64,000 nt of DNA from Callorhinchus milii (Eukaryota), in NCBI RefSeq assembly GCF_018977255.1, contig NW_024704742.1, positions 62,994,001-63,058,000 of the forward strand, read 5' to 3'. Made by a program: the position numbers and the translations under genes. Within the stretch, counting starts at the first letter, position 1. Every line of letters begins with the position of its first letter. Positions 22,718-36,261 of the stretch are shown here, one piece after another. The notes under the pieces were generated by a model. It was not told the origin of the DNA and made no database searches. It was given only the letters and a program-made list of their open reading frames with translations.

Positions 22718-25214
22718 ATCCGTTTGTAAGCATGTTACATAATATTTATTACTGTTACAATTTAAAAGGTAACTTTTTACCATTGCTAGATGGAACAATA
22801 AGATAAAAATGTGGATTTGATGTGATAATTGGCAATTTGTGGGACAAGGTACTCCTGGCAATGGCCCAGTCGATGATTGAACTCTACTCCCCCTACCCCC
22901 CAGTGCTATGGTTGCACACTAACCTGCCCGCCACAAGCAGCCAGTGAACCAGCTGGTGGCTGCTTTGAATCTGCTGCTGTGAGGATGACAGCATTTCAAT
23001 ATTCATTTGGAGAATCCTTGTGGGGCTTGAATATTTAAGTTGAGCTTTGTTAGTATTGCCAGTATTTCCGAACTGGGACTGAAATATTGGGATCTGCGCA
23101 GGGACAGGTTGAAAGGCGTTGGATTAATAATAATAATAATCCTTGTTTTGGCCAACGAGATATCTGTCACGTATGGAAAACCAAAACCAAATGCGTGGAA
23201 ATTTCCCCATGTGTGGAACTGCTCACTCTGCTCACCTAATCCCAAAAAGTGATAATAGTAATAATAATAGTAATAATCCTATAATAATCCTTCCAATGGT
23301 GAAGAGCATTTCACGACAGGGAGACTTCAGAGCTTCGCAGGTTATAATATAAAGTATAGTCGCTATGTATTTGCAGGCGAATTCTGCATCCCATTTCAGC
23401 AAACGTCTAGGCACATGTAGATACATGTTGTCAAGAGCTGAGCTTGAGAGTCCCCTGAGTGTCCGTTGTGCATACTGTTGGAGTTTAGCCCCACTGAATT
23501 AATTAATTCTAATGTCGATCTTGGTGACTGAGGCATCATTGCAATGCAGAGATCGTTCTGGGTGAAACTATTATGCTGAGGTGTGTGTGAGTGGCGGGGA
23601 GAGGGATGAGGATTATTGGATAATTTCACCCCGACATTTTGAATGATTTAATAATTCAATGTGATGCACAGTCAAAGCATTTCTTTTTTTCCCCACCACT
23701 TGCATCTGTGCACAAAGAAGGTGTTCACAAGATTAGAATTCAGAGGAGGAACCAAAAATAGCCACGGTGAGGATTTGATACTAAAATATTAAGAGATCCA
23801 TAAAAATGTTAAGTAGGTTCACTTTTGATTGAATAGTATAGTAACTCATTTTTTTTCATATATATTTGATATTGATCATAGTTTGATGTAGGGCAGGTAC
23901 TGATCTGGTGACTGAATAAGAGGTAAAAGCTATAAGTCAGCAAAAGCCTGCTGCAAGCAGATGCAACATGAGCTGTCACTTTAGGGAACACAGTAAGAGA
24001 TAGGCATGAGCCAATTTGCAATGGCAGATTGAACTTAAAGCAGAGTCCATAAATTATTTCAAAAGGGAAATAGATAAATGCAAAAAAGAGGATATTAAAA
24101 GTTACGCGAGGCCTGAAATTCCATCTTGTCTTATCTTGTAAAACATTTTGTTCCATTATTATCCTGCCCAACAATCCCCCAAATAAATAAATTGTTCGAT
24201 TCACTTCATGGCCATTGGTGGGACATTGCTGTGTGCAAATTGGCTGCCGTGTTCATCTACAAATATACATTCAAAATCAATAAAATCATGTGAAGGGCTT
24301 TGACAATTTAATAGGGGCCATATCAAACACAAGGATTATAATAAAAGGTGGTGCAGAATATTCTTAAATTCAGTCTTAATTTAGAAGCAGGCAAATGTTT
24401 TTAAGAATTGCAGAAAAACAGCTTTCAAGTTAAAACATTTCAAGAGTTCCATGTCATCTTAAATTTTAAAGACAAAATGATGGGGGGAATTAAAAGCCTC
24501 TGGAGAGAGATATCAATCCAGGGGAATTAGAGGAGGGTTGGCTCATATGGAGAAAATTATCAAAACATTTTTATAAAAATGTGAGTGACCAATTTTCACT
24601 TTGCACAGCGATTTAATCCATAAGATTAGAAAGGAAGAAGGCCCTATTCCCTCCATAGCAATCATCTCCTATCATACTATAATCCTACCCACCCTTCATT
24701 ACTGCTTCCAGACACTTTTTAAAAGAGTCTAGTATCCAAATCTGTTTTCAAACATTCTACGAGACATCTTCAACAACTCTTGAGCTGCTTTTAAACATAC
24801 TACTTAATAAACTGATGTAGAAGAAAAGCATGCAGCCAGAACAAATTATTTCCAAGGACAAGTAAAGCTGCCTACAATATATTGAATTTCCATAAAGTTA
24901 CATCTCTCATAGTGCAAGTAATAACTTTTAATACAATGACTGGCAAAAAACAACTCCAGACTGAGCGATCATGGAGCTACCAACATGACCATTGGTGACA
25001 CAGAAAAGAAACAAACAAGCATGTCACTGTGAAGAACAACCCTACTTGTAATTAGCTTTAATAGTGCTTACCACCTTCATTTACTAATGAATGCTTCATA
25101 TACCAATCAATCTCCAATTAGTTTTCAACTACCAATATATTCTTCACATACTAATTCATCCTCCATATATCAATACGGCACCTTGAAATCTTTACCTCTG
25201 AACACCCAACAACC

Positions 25215-25525
25215 AATTTATACAGCAATGTCCCACAAACAACCATGGAGTTAATAATTAATTTTATTTGGTGGAATATTGGTCAGGACACGAGAGAAAA
25301 TCTCTTCTCCTTTCAAATAGTACTATGGGATCTTTACTGTCCACCTGGATAGACAGACAATATCTCAGTTTAACCTCTCATCCGAAGGATGGCACTCCAG
25401 CAATTCAACACACCCCCATCACTACAATGGATTGTCAGCATAGACAATATGGTCCCAAGTCTGAACATGAAGCTTGAACTCTTGACCTTCTGATTCAGAG
25501 GTGATAGTGCTGTCAACTAAGCCAT
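25215..25525 (-). mobile_element. Deu-SINE
   Basis: tttaacctctcatccgaaggatggc core; head ttctgattcagaggtgatagtgct. Confidence 0.8.
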
Positions 25526-25861
25526 GTGTCAGTATCTGATGCATATATGGAACCATATATAGAAATTGAGTTATAGATGCCCTAAATTATATTTTTTATC
25601 AATAAAATAGGTTACAGAATTTCTCAAACTTTGCTAAAAACATTTATTTTGGTTTAATATATGTCCTATCACTTACATATGTTATGGTCACAGTATCTTT
25701 TTTGACTTCTTGTTTCAAAGCAGCCTGGCTCATAATTTCCAAACATGGCCCAATGATTCAAAGGGATTTGTAAAAAATGTAAGAAGATTAAAGAAAATAT
25801 TTTGATAAGAAAGAAGATTTTGTTGGAACTTTCTGAATGTCTTTCTTTGCTCACAAAAAAT

Positions 25862-26375
25862 CTGTCTCAGTTGGTAGCACTCTTGCCTCTGAGTCGAAGT
25901 TTGAGGGTTCAAGTCCCACATCAGGACGTGGAACTCATATAATCTAAAATGACACTCCAATGCAGTGTTGGGAGTGTACTGCATTGTTGGAGGTGCCATC
26001 ATTTGAAATTATCATTTGAAGTTAAACCAACATTAAACAGAGGCCCCATCTGCCTGTTCAAGTGGATCCTATTATTTGAAAAGAGAAGGTAGAAGGAAAT
26101 TTTGTCCGCTATCCTGGCCAACAATTCCTACATGAAATTGATCATTCGCTTCATGGCTGTTTGTGGGACATTGCTGTGCACATAACTGGCTCCACCTTTG
26201 TTCACAAATACACAATACACAGTCACTGTACTTTACAGTATATCCTGAGAAGTGCTTTGGGACATCCTCCTGATGTAGAAAACAACAATAACAAATTGCA
26301 TTTATATAGCACCATTCACACGGGGCAGCGTCTTGAAGCACTTAAAGCACCACATCACATGTAAGGACTATTGTT
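25862..26375 (+). mobile_element. Deu-SINE, full length, with a short L2 tail inserted near its 3' end (~26281-26343)
   Basis: Head ctcagttggtagcactcttgcctctgagtc...gggttcaagtccc; Deu core; tail interrupted by aacaacaataac...ttgaagcact. Confidence 0.85.
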
Positions 26376-27184
26376 AATATAAATGCAACGATAATGTTGG
26401 ATGCATCTGAATACAAATCTTCAAAAAATTGTGTACTTTTGGGGAGAAATTCAAAATGGCACTAGATTTACTTTATTTATGCAGGATTTTATTGCAGAAT
26501 TTAGCAACATCTTCAACGCAGCTTTAATTTTGAATCCAGTTTTCCATAAGGTTATTTTAAGAACCTTTATTAAATTGTTTTGAAAGTTCAGACTGAATTG
26601 AACAATTTTCCATATTCTGAATGCTTAGAATATGCTGCATAAATAGAGTCAATTTTGACCCAGGCGATACCTATGCATTAGTAACAAATGACTCTTCTCC
26701 AGAATAAATTGCACACGCTCCCACAATAAATGCAAATAAAACTCAGCTTGTCTCTGACAGACTTCGGTCCTGTGAAAACACAGGGGTGTTAAGTGCTGTG
26801 TATGATGCACAGCTGCTTTTGCTTTGAATGAGTACGTTTAGAGCATCCAATAGCATGTTGAACTCAATTTCCACAGATTTCTTCAATTGTATAAGGTCAA
26901 ACTGTGCTTTAAAACACAACTCCTGTAATTGGCATAGACCATCTGCAAAATCTTTAGAAACACCTCAGCGAAAATTACATTGCCCAGAGAGATAAATGCA
27001 TTTTGTACTATTATGATCTACAAAATGAAAACAACAGAAGCATTGAAGGAAACACTCAATCGTTTCTTGTTTGAATTGAGATTGGAATAGCTACTGAACC
27101 AGTAACAAAGATCTGTTTCACCTCATCTTTCGTGTTTCCTCCAAAAGAACAAGTTCTCTTTGTAAAAATTTGACTCCACAATTC

Positions 27185-27425
27185 CCCTGGCTCAGTGTCA
27201 CCTGCAAATGTAACGATCTTGCAAATGAAGTCATACAAGTATACAAGAAACCATTCTAATGCAGACAATTTGAAGCACCCAGTTTTGCCGTGTTCCCATA
27301 ATGACTAACCACTGTTCCTTTTCCTTCAGCCAGTTATTAATTCATGCCGATTCTTACTCTTGGTGCCCATTGACATCACATTGTAAAAGAGTTCTTGCAT
27401 AGCACTTTGTCAAAGGCCTTTTCCA
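27185..27425 (-). mobile_element. Old CR1 RT fragment
   Basis: ICKIVTFAGDT (FADDT-like) and aggcctttgacaaagtg (KAFDKV) on the minus strand. Confidence 0.65.
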
Positions 27426-28004
27426 CTCCCTGCTCCTTTGCTCAGCCAGCTCAGGCCTTCTGCACATCCCTTGACTCCTTTGCTGTAGCACAGGTGACTG
27501 TGCTGTCAGTCACTATGCTCCGACTCTCTGGAATTACCTGGCTTAATCTCTCCGCTTTGCTCCCATCTTTGCCTGGCTTCACTTTCCTCTTTTATGATTA
27601 GATGCACTCCGTCAATAGGCTTTTCACTGTCAAAAGCATTTTGAACTGCAGTGCTTGTGTTCGTATTTCCCAATAATCGCACGTTACAACAGACAGGTTG
27701 ATGACCAAAAAATGATAGAAGCAGAAAGAATTTATCCCATGAGTACCAACCTGAGCTAGATTGATAGGCACTAGTTGTGCTGACCTCTTATACATGGACT
27801 GCTTTAACAATATCACCAAAACACCGCCTGTACCGCTTTAAAGTGCTGAGTTGGTATTTGGATCACAGATTTAACAGTCCATCAATACACTGCAAAAAAA
27901 AGTACATTGAGACATCTCAATAATGTGATAAGGCACTGCTTTAAATGCAAAACTCATTATATACTGTCACAGTAGATTGGTAAACTGCGATTGGTAAACT
28001 ATTA

Positions 28005-28374
28005 CTATAATAATAATCCTTGCATTTGACATAGCGCCTTATCACGTTGTTGACATGTCTCAAATCGCTTCACAAACTATATTCCAAAGTGAATTGCCTG
28101 TATATTTTGTGGGTGAAACACAACAGCCAATTGCAGACAGGAGTGTCCCACAAACAGTCGTGGATTGAGTGACCAAATTATTATTTGGTTTAAGGAATTA
28201 TTACCCCTAGAAGCGATCCACCAATTGACTAACAACCGTGTTCCTACTTACAGCTATGTAAACAGAGGTGTGTAGAGTAAGGAAAGTTGCTCCAGATTTC
28301 GCCCCGTCCAGGAATCGAACCCAGGTCCTCTCCCTTGCGAGATGAGTGCTCTAAGCACTACGCTACAGGACTCC
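28005..28374 (-). mobile_element. tRNA-Ala SINE, long form
   Basis: Head ggagtcctgtagcgtagtgcttagagc...ggttcgattcc; long central block; tail. Confidence 0.92.
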
Positions 28375-28869
28375 ACAAGTCCCTGAAGAATGGGCCAGAA
28401 GAATGGCCTTCTTCTGTGTTCTAGATTTCTATGGTAAATCAATCATTGGGCACTATTGCAATGGTTTTGCTGCTGTTTAACATCCACTGCACAAAGGTGT
28501 GGCAGTAAAGCCTTCTGGAATATCACTAACTGGGAATGGTGCCTGGTGGGCACTGTTAGCATTAAATGAAAGATAATATGCATGCATTCTTAGCTAGATG
28601 TACAGTTCACATTTAGACACACTGAAATTCAATCTCATACTTTTTCTTGAATTAGTAACAGAATTATTGGTTGAGAATAATGTAGTGGGATCATATATTG
28701 GGACTTCCAGATTTGTTTGAATGAAGAAGGCTCGTCACCCCATCTGATCTCATACTTTCAGAATAGCTACCCTACCAACAAAGCATCAAGATGTATTTTT
28801 TGTAAATATTAGTCCAGCGCCTTGCTTCAATGACCATTCTTGGCAACCTGTTCCAGTTATTAATTACCA

Positions 28870-29272
28870 TGGCTCAGCCCCGGGATCCATCACTGTGAAG
28901 CACTCTGAGATGCCGTCCGGCGTGGAGGGCACTATATAAATCCAAGTTGTTGTTGTTTGCAAGCGAGAGACCTGGGTTCGATTCCTGGCAGGGTGAAACC
29001 TTGGACAAGTTTCCTTATTCCACACGCCTGATAATAATCCCTCAAAAAAACCAATATAAATTGGTCATTTCAATCCACGACTGTATGTGGGATGCTGCTG
29101 TGTACAATTGGCTGCCGCATTTTGCCCACAAATATACAGTCAATTCAGTTTACAGTCAATTCACTTTACAGATAATTCACTTTGCAGTCCATTCTGTGAA
29201 GTGCTTTGAGACGTCTAGAAGACGTGAAAAGCGCTATATCAAATCCAAGGATTATTATTATTATTATTATTA
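28870..29272 (+). mobile_element. L2 tail (28870-28957) abutting a 5'-clipped tRNA-Ala SINE, short form
   Basis: gagatgccgtccggcgtggagggcactatataaatccaag(ttg)n joined directly to tgcaagcgagagacctgggttcgattcc. Confidence 0.88.
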
Positions 29273-30006
29273 CCATCTGAGTAAAGAAAAGCTTCCTGGT
29301 ATCTGGCCTAAAATTGTCCTTTGCAACTGTAAACACATGTTCTCTTGTCCCACTGTTTTGGTGCACCCTAAAGTATGATTCAAGGTTTACTTTTTTTTAA
29401 TCCCATTTAAAATGTTCTACAGCTCAATTAAGTCTTTTTCCCTCAAGAGCATCATCCAGAAGGGCTGTGGAGATTCGAAAAGAAGGCCTCATCCTCACCT
29501 TCTTTGGACAAATTTTAGACAGATAATAATTGCTCTCCCTGCTGGTGTTACCCACATCCTGTGAGAGAGCCATGGCCTCAGCCAATACAGCTGTTAATTC
29601 TAAGAACAAGTGGAATTTCACCTCTCCCAGTGAGTACATAAAATAAAATAAATCTATGAAACATAATAAAATGCTTCCAGTCACTGGAACACTATTCATA
29701 CTTCGAGCCTTCATCTGCATATGTGAAACGTGTTTTGCCAGCAATGATTCATGTTCAGATTGTACACTGGCATATTGCTAATTGGAGTATTTGTTTTACC
29801 TGATCCAGGTCGTTAAAATGTATTCGGATGCAGGAAAGAAACAAATAACACTGATGGTTCACAACGTTCAAGCTGCATGAGCCAAAACAGTTCAAATCGG
29901 GCTAAGATCTTGACCTAGTCAAGTTTGTTGATTCCTTCCTTTGTTCACCAGACAGAAAAATAATAGACTCCAGCAGCAGTCAATCTCAAGGCTTTTGGTC
30001 GTGAAT

Positions 30007-31132
30007 AATCCAGCATGAATGAATAGTGTATGAATCCTGCCAAGTGGCCACTTGTCTCTACTGTAAAGTCAGTTGAAGCAGAAAAGTGTCAGACAGCCTC
30101 TCTTTCTGGGGTACAAGGATTCAAATCAGCCAATTGTGTGCCGCCTGCTTTCTCTGGATGTATTAAGAATGTATCCAATTTTCTTTCTGAGACATGACTG
30201 TGGATTGTGCAGACGTGAGAGTAAGTATGGAAAGTTCAGCAGCAAGCAGGAAGCTAGACGTTTGTGTCAGAAGTTGATAGCAACATTGCCTCTGGGTCAG
30301 AAGATTGTGGCTTCAAGCCCTGTATCAGATCCTAAGGTCATAATCTAACATGACAGTAGATGTGGAGTCCTGTAGCTTAGTGGGTAGAGCACTCGCCTCG
30401 CAAACGAGAGACCTGGATTTGATTCCCGGCAGGGCGAAACCTTGGGCAAGTTTCCTTATTCCACATGTCTCAAGGAAATAAATAAAATAACAATTTGGTC
30501 ACTTTAATCCATGACTGTTTATGTGAAAACTACTGTGCGTAATTGGCTGCCACGTTTCACCCACAAATATATAGTCAATTCATTTTACAGTGTATTCTGT
30601 GAAGCGCTTTTAGCTGTCTAGAAGATGTGAAAAGTGCTAAATCAAATGCAAGGATTATTATGACTCAGAGAATGCTGCTCTGAACCAGAGACACTGTTTT
30701 TTAGTTGAAACGTTGAACAGAGAACATGTCTGCTTGTTCATAGGTTCATAGTGGACTATAAAGATTTTATGACATTATTCAACATGAGAAGAGAGGTACT
30801 CTGTTAGTCCTAACCAACAATCATTAATTGATCACTGGCTTCACAGTTATTTGTGGGACTTGCTTGGAACATACTGATAATATAACACAACAAGAATAAT
30901 CCTTGCATTTGACATAATGCCTTATCACATCTATGAGATGTCTCAAAACGCTTCACAGTATATACTGTAAAGTGAATTGATTGTACATTTTGTGGGCAAA
31001 AATCCAGCCTCCAAAATCCAGCATGAATGAATAATGACTGAATCCTGCCAAGTGGCCACTTGTCTCCACTGTAAAATCAGCTGAAGCAGAAGAGTCAGAA
31101 AGTCTTTCTTTCTGGGACACAAGGATTCAGAT
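30007..31132 (+). repeat. ~120-bp direct duplication (30007-30126 and 31015-31132)
   Basis: aatccagcatgaatgaata...gaatcctgccaagtggccacttgtctc.actgtaaa.tcag.tgaagcagaa...caaggattca occurs twice. Confidence 0.9.
30364..30661 (+). mobile_element. tRNA-Ala SINE, short form
   Basis: ggagtcctgtagcttagtgggtagagcactcgcctcgcaa...; standard tail. Confidence 0.9.
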
Positions 31133-31234
31133 AGGAGGACACCATTATTCATTTTATTAAATCCAGGCAGATCTTTCATCCCCATTTTCCTATCTTTTTC
31201 TATTGTTTTCTCACTGCCACATTTGTCAACAAAA

Positions 31235-32095
31235 TCAACAGCAACAAATTATATTTGTATTGTGCCTTTCACATTCGGAGGACATCCCAAGGCCCTGGAG
31301 AGTCAGGGATTTGGATCCAAGATAGGGGTTCGGATCAGGGAGGGTGGAGGGCAGGGTGGGTAGGGGTAGGAGGGTCGCCAAAGGCATGGCTGAAAAGGAG
31401 GGTCTTGAGACATGCCTTGAAGGAGACAAGGGAGGGATCGAGGCAAAGGGGACTGTGGGATTCCAAAGGGTGGGGGCAGGGAGACTGAGGGCCCGACCAG
31501 CAATGGTGGGGTGGGCCAGGCAGGGTAAATAAAGCAGGCCGGAGCCCGCTGAGCGGCGTCACTACAATTTCCATTTAAATTAACTACTACACAGATTATT
31601 CAGAACTCTGCAACTGGTGTCCTTTCCCGCACCAGGCTCTGCGAACCAATCACTCCCATCCTTGCCCGGCTTCACTGCCTCCCCATCCCTTAGAAAATAT
31701 AGTTTAAAACCCTTGTTCTCACCCTCAAAGCCCTCCATAATCTTGCTCCCGCCTCCTCTGCCACGTATAACCCCATATCAGACACTGACCTGCTCCAGGT
31801 CCTGCGCAGTTTCCGCCATTGGAGTTCGGGCATTCAGCATCTCTGCCCCCACACTCTGAAACTCTATTCCGCAATCCCTCTGCCTCACCCCCTCTCTTGC
31901 CTCCTTGAATTCCTGTCTGAAGACCTTCCTGGTCGACCGTGCCTTTGTTTACCTTCCCACCCCAACCCCTCTGCCGTCCACCTCTCCTGACCCCAACTCC
32001 CAGCTCGGGTCCAAAACTGCTGATAGTCAGGCACCCTGGGACATCTTTCCAACGTGAAGGATGCTATACAATGTAATTTGTTGTTGTTGTAGTTG
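31235..32095. mobile_element. Two L2 3' fragments head-to-head (31235-31560 minus, 31590-32095 plus)
   Basis: Each ends in its own (ttg)n tail pointing outward; SFKACLKTLLF and IGVRAFSISAPTL motifs. Confidence 0.88.
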
Positions 32096-34592
32096 TATAA
32101 TTTGAGGCGTCCTCTTGACATGGAAGGCACAATATCAAATTAAATAATTACTATTGTTATTACATGTGAAGCACTTTGAGACATTGTGACATAATAAGGT
32201 GCTATAAAAATGTAAGATACTTCTTTTAATCTTTATCACCTATTTGCATCTATGTTGCGATAGAGTGGTTGGTTGCCTTTCTGTTCTTGTAAAACCTAAA
32301 GCCAGGAATACTGTTGAAAGGTATGATTAGTTCTTCATCTTTTTTTCCACAGAAGAGCTGTAACTCACTTTGTCCAGGGAATACAGAATGATATATGTGT
32401 TTCTGAGAGAGCGTCTGGCTCTAAGGCTTCACATGGGCTCCATTTCAGGAAGCATATATCACCACCAGAAGAGGTGTGCAATACTCTTAACACCCAGCAA
32501 CATTAAAAAGAATTATAGTACAACAGAACAATGATAGATGAATATGAGCAACTTGTCAGTAGTTTTATGGACAAGGATGAGCTATGCAGGTCTTTGACAC
32601 ACAAATGAGCATCTAATCATGTTTACTCAGGACACAACCAATTATTTGATGAATGCAAATCATTGTGTCAAAAATGTCACAATTTAATTGAAAATTCCAA
32701 GTTAGTGCAGTGAATCTTTGGAGATATTTTATGGCATACCAGTTCTGTACTGGTAATTCACTTGGTGATACTGTGGTCCAGTCCTCATCTATCAAAGAGA
32801 ATAATGTATGCAAAATATGATTGCAATAATAATATAGCACCAACAGCATCACACACTTGTGATGTGTAGTAACTGTGAATTTGGATACAGTAGCTAATTT
32901 GCACACAAAAAAACATGAAATTAATGATATGTTTATCTGGAAGGTGCAGGTAAGATAAAACTACAGAGATTCAACCTTGTGTAAGAGATTCAGTTGTTTG
33001 ACTGTGGATGTCTAGGCAAACATGGCACACAATTTGCACCAGCAGTGACCTACAAGTAGTAAATAATGAATTTTAATTGGGGGATTATTTGAGGACACCG
33101 GGATAAACTCCCGTCTCTTTTTGAATGCTGCCATGGGATCTTTAACGTCCACCTGAATAGACAGATGGAGCTTTGGTTTAATGATCACCTGAATATAAGT
33201 ACTACAACATGAATGATTTGTTGTGCGATGCCCTCACTTTGCACAGAATTGCACTGAAAGTCATGCTTGTTTCTGTTAGTTGAAATATTATATAAGAGAA
33301 GCGTTATGTAAGAATTAGGAAAGACACAAAATCAATGTTGAGTATGATACTGGTGGCCATTGTTTAAAACATTAATTCAGTTAAATGATCCAGTGAATGT
33401 AGGACTGGATTGTGCATTGAACAATATGATGACTGTTTTTCTCCGAGTTGTCTTTTTCAGTATCTGGTATCACTAAGACAACAGCACACACAACAGTTCC
33501 CTGAGGCAAAACCCCACATCTACCCTTCACAGCACAGCATCACTGGTCCATGCAGACAGCAACACAAGAGCCTCATAGGATCACTGATGATCAAGAAATG
33601 AGTGCAACAACAACAAATTACACTTGTGAAGCGCCTTTCACCTCAGGAGAATGTCCCAATGGCTGGACAGTTAGGGATTTGGAGCAGGGCAGGGATTATA
33701 GGGGTAGGAGGGTGACTGAAGGCATGGTCCAAGAGGAGGGTCTTGAGATGTGCCTTGATAGTGCATACCTCTACTTCTCAGAGGAGAATGGGTAAGATGC
33801 AGACTCTAAGCCTTGATATACATAATCAGGATATGGGGAGAGGCAGGTAAATGGGAAAGGATTGCTCTTAAAAGAAACTTGATGAGCAAAATGTCCTTCT
33901 GTGCTATAAATTTCTTTGGTTCTATGCTAATCTAAGGGTAGAGCTCTAGCATTTCTGTGGCCTTTGAAATGTTTCACAAGTCCTAAGCAGTATAATCATC
34001 TGAACACTTTCATTTGTAGGAAAAATATAAAATCCAAACATTTTAATTTACATCAACCCATTAACTGGCAGGATTTGCAATTTCACCCCAAGTGGTAACC
34101 CAAATACACAACACTATTTTGTTCACAAATCACTCCATCAAATACTTGGTTGGTTATGATAAAGCACTGGCACGTGTATTTTGTTTGTTAAGTTGTTGGG
34201 TGCAGATATAGTTGAATTCCCTCTTTAACAAAATGGAGCACACAGTAGTAATTACATTGTACCTCACTGCACTATTAAACCTGTAACGTCATTAAAGTAT
34301 TGTAAATCAGGAAATGTTTGCATAAAGAATAATTCACACACCCCAAGGCTGACAATACTTTTACGCAAAATTAATTTTGTGGATAGAGATGCTTTTGAGA
34401 GACTTAAATTCTTGTTGATTTATTACTGCAAACTGCATTGCTATGGTGTGGTACTTGTTCTCTGTAGTCTCTTGATATATGCGAGCTGATGTGTGTCAGA
34501 TGATTTTTGTTTGATCTGTTTAATAATGGTAACTATGTAAGACTGTCACTTTCCATTTCCATAGAGCTTTGATTGTCAATGCAGGAAGGCTG

Positions 34593-34613
34593 TACATACA
34601 TACATACATACAT

Positions 34614-34648
<35 letters not shown>

Positions 34649-34670
34649 TACATACATACATACATACATA
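34593..34670. repeat. Compound microsatellite (TACA)n(CA)n(TACA)n
   Basis: Direct reading. Confidence 0.97.
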
Positions 34671-34869
34671 TTTTTGTAAACAGATGGATAATGAAAGCTT
34701 CAAACAGAATGAAACTTTGCAAAATATCACTTATGACTGATCATTATTTTTCTCATGTTGACGTGTAACCCAACATATAATAGCAATATTACTCCTTGAA
34801 TTTGATATGTATTGTATATTAGTACAACAGCAAGAATATCTCTACCTATTTGACAAAAAATATTGCAAA

Positions 34870-35345
34870 TACCTACCACTCCAACCTCCTCACTCTCCAA
34901 TCCACCACCCGGCACCTTCGCATGACTGACACCTCCTACATGTCCCTTGCATCCTCCACTCCATCATTGGAGGTCATGCTTTCAGCCACTATGCTCCAAA
35001 ATTATGGAACACTCTCCCTCAATCCCTCCTCCTTGCTCTGTCTCTCCCTTTTTCAAGTTCCACCTGAAAACCTTCCTTTTTGACCATGCTTACAGTCACC
35101 TCACCACACCCCCACCCCCATCTCAGTGTCAGGCTCCACCACTGCACTCTCAGATGCTACCCTGTGTAGAGGGCGCTATATAAATGCAAGTTGTTGTTGT
35201 TGTATAGGGTAAACTGGAGTGACTGTATTTTGTGGGTAAAACAACAACAACAACTTGCATTGTTGTTTTATAGTGCCCTTCACACAGGGCAGCATTTTTG
35301 AGCGCTTAACAGTGGCAGAGCCTGACGCTGAGCCAGGAGGAGGTG
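34870..35345. mobile_element. L2 3' end (34870-35203 plus) and inverted L2 tail (35240-35345 minus)
   Basis: FKFHLKTFLFDHAY; tails of the same subfamily facing each other. Confidence 0.85.
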
Positions 35346-35877
35346 ACAACAATAGGAATATAACTTGCATTTATAAAACACCTTTCACATGGGCTGAACA
35401 TGTTGGATCACTTGGCAGAGAGGAAAGGAGGGGAGTTGAGATTCGTGACACGTGTATTGCCTTTTGATTCCAATTTCTGCAGATATTTAAGGGTAAAATG
35501 AAACTGGAACTTCATCCCCCTCATTGAATCACATAATGCAGCAAGGTGATTTAGCATTATGAAATATTTTGATTACTTCATTTCATGTTGAGTTGTTGTC
35601 CTATTTATTCTCTTCACCCCGTTACATTATCTCTTTCCTGAAAAACAGCACAACACTTTGGATGTTTAATATAATTGCTGTATATCATGAATAAGCATTA
35701 AGATGCTTCAGATGCTCTAGCAATCCATTATTGGGAGAAACTGTTCCATGTGAAAAATGCAAAATTGCTACATATTAAATCTTATTTCCAAATATGTTCA
35801 TAACAGACCAATCAACCTGGCTCATCAGCAAGGCTTAAAGGAGCAGACCAGTCACTGGAGATAAAGATTCTTACCGT

Positions 35878-36261
35878 GGAGTCCTCTATTTCAGTGGTTT
35901 GAGCACTCGACAACAACAACAACAAACAACAACAAGATTACATTTATAGAGCGCGTTTCACGTCGGGAGGACATCCCACTCACCTCACAAGCGAGAAACC
36001 TGGGTTTGATTTCCAGCAGGGCAAAACCTTGGACAAGTTTACTTACTCCACACACCTGATAATAAGCCCTCCAGAAAAAAATAATAAATTGATCACTTCA
36101 ATGCTTGACTGTTTGTGGGACACTGCTGTGCACAATTGACTGCTATGTTTTGCCCACAAATATACAGTCAATTCACTTTACAGTATATTCTGCGAAGTGC
36201 TTTGAGATGTCTAGAAGACATGAAAAGCGATTTATCAAATGCAAGGATTATAATTATTATT
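35878..36261 (+). mobile_element. tRNA-Ala SINE with a 68-nt antisense L2 tail inserted in its head (35909-35976)
   Basis: CACTC duplicated at 35904-35908 and 35977-35981. Confidence 0.9.

Noticed and set aside
23809..24204. 131-aa hydrophobic minus-strand ORF
   Set aside because: AT-rich, starts inside a SINE fragment and has no recognisable domain
32330..32506. Strong splice-acceptor-like tcttttttttccacAG followed by ~50 open codons
   Set aside because: No recognisable protein, weak donor and no partner exons; cannot be supported without RNA data
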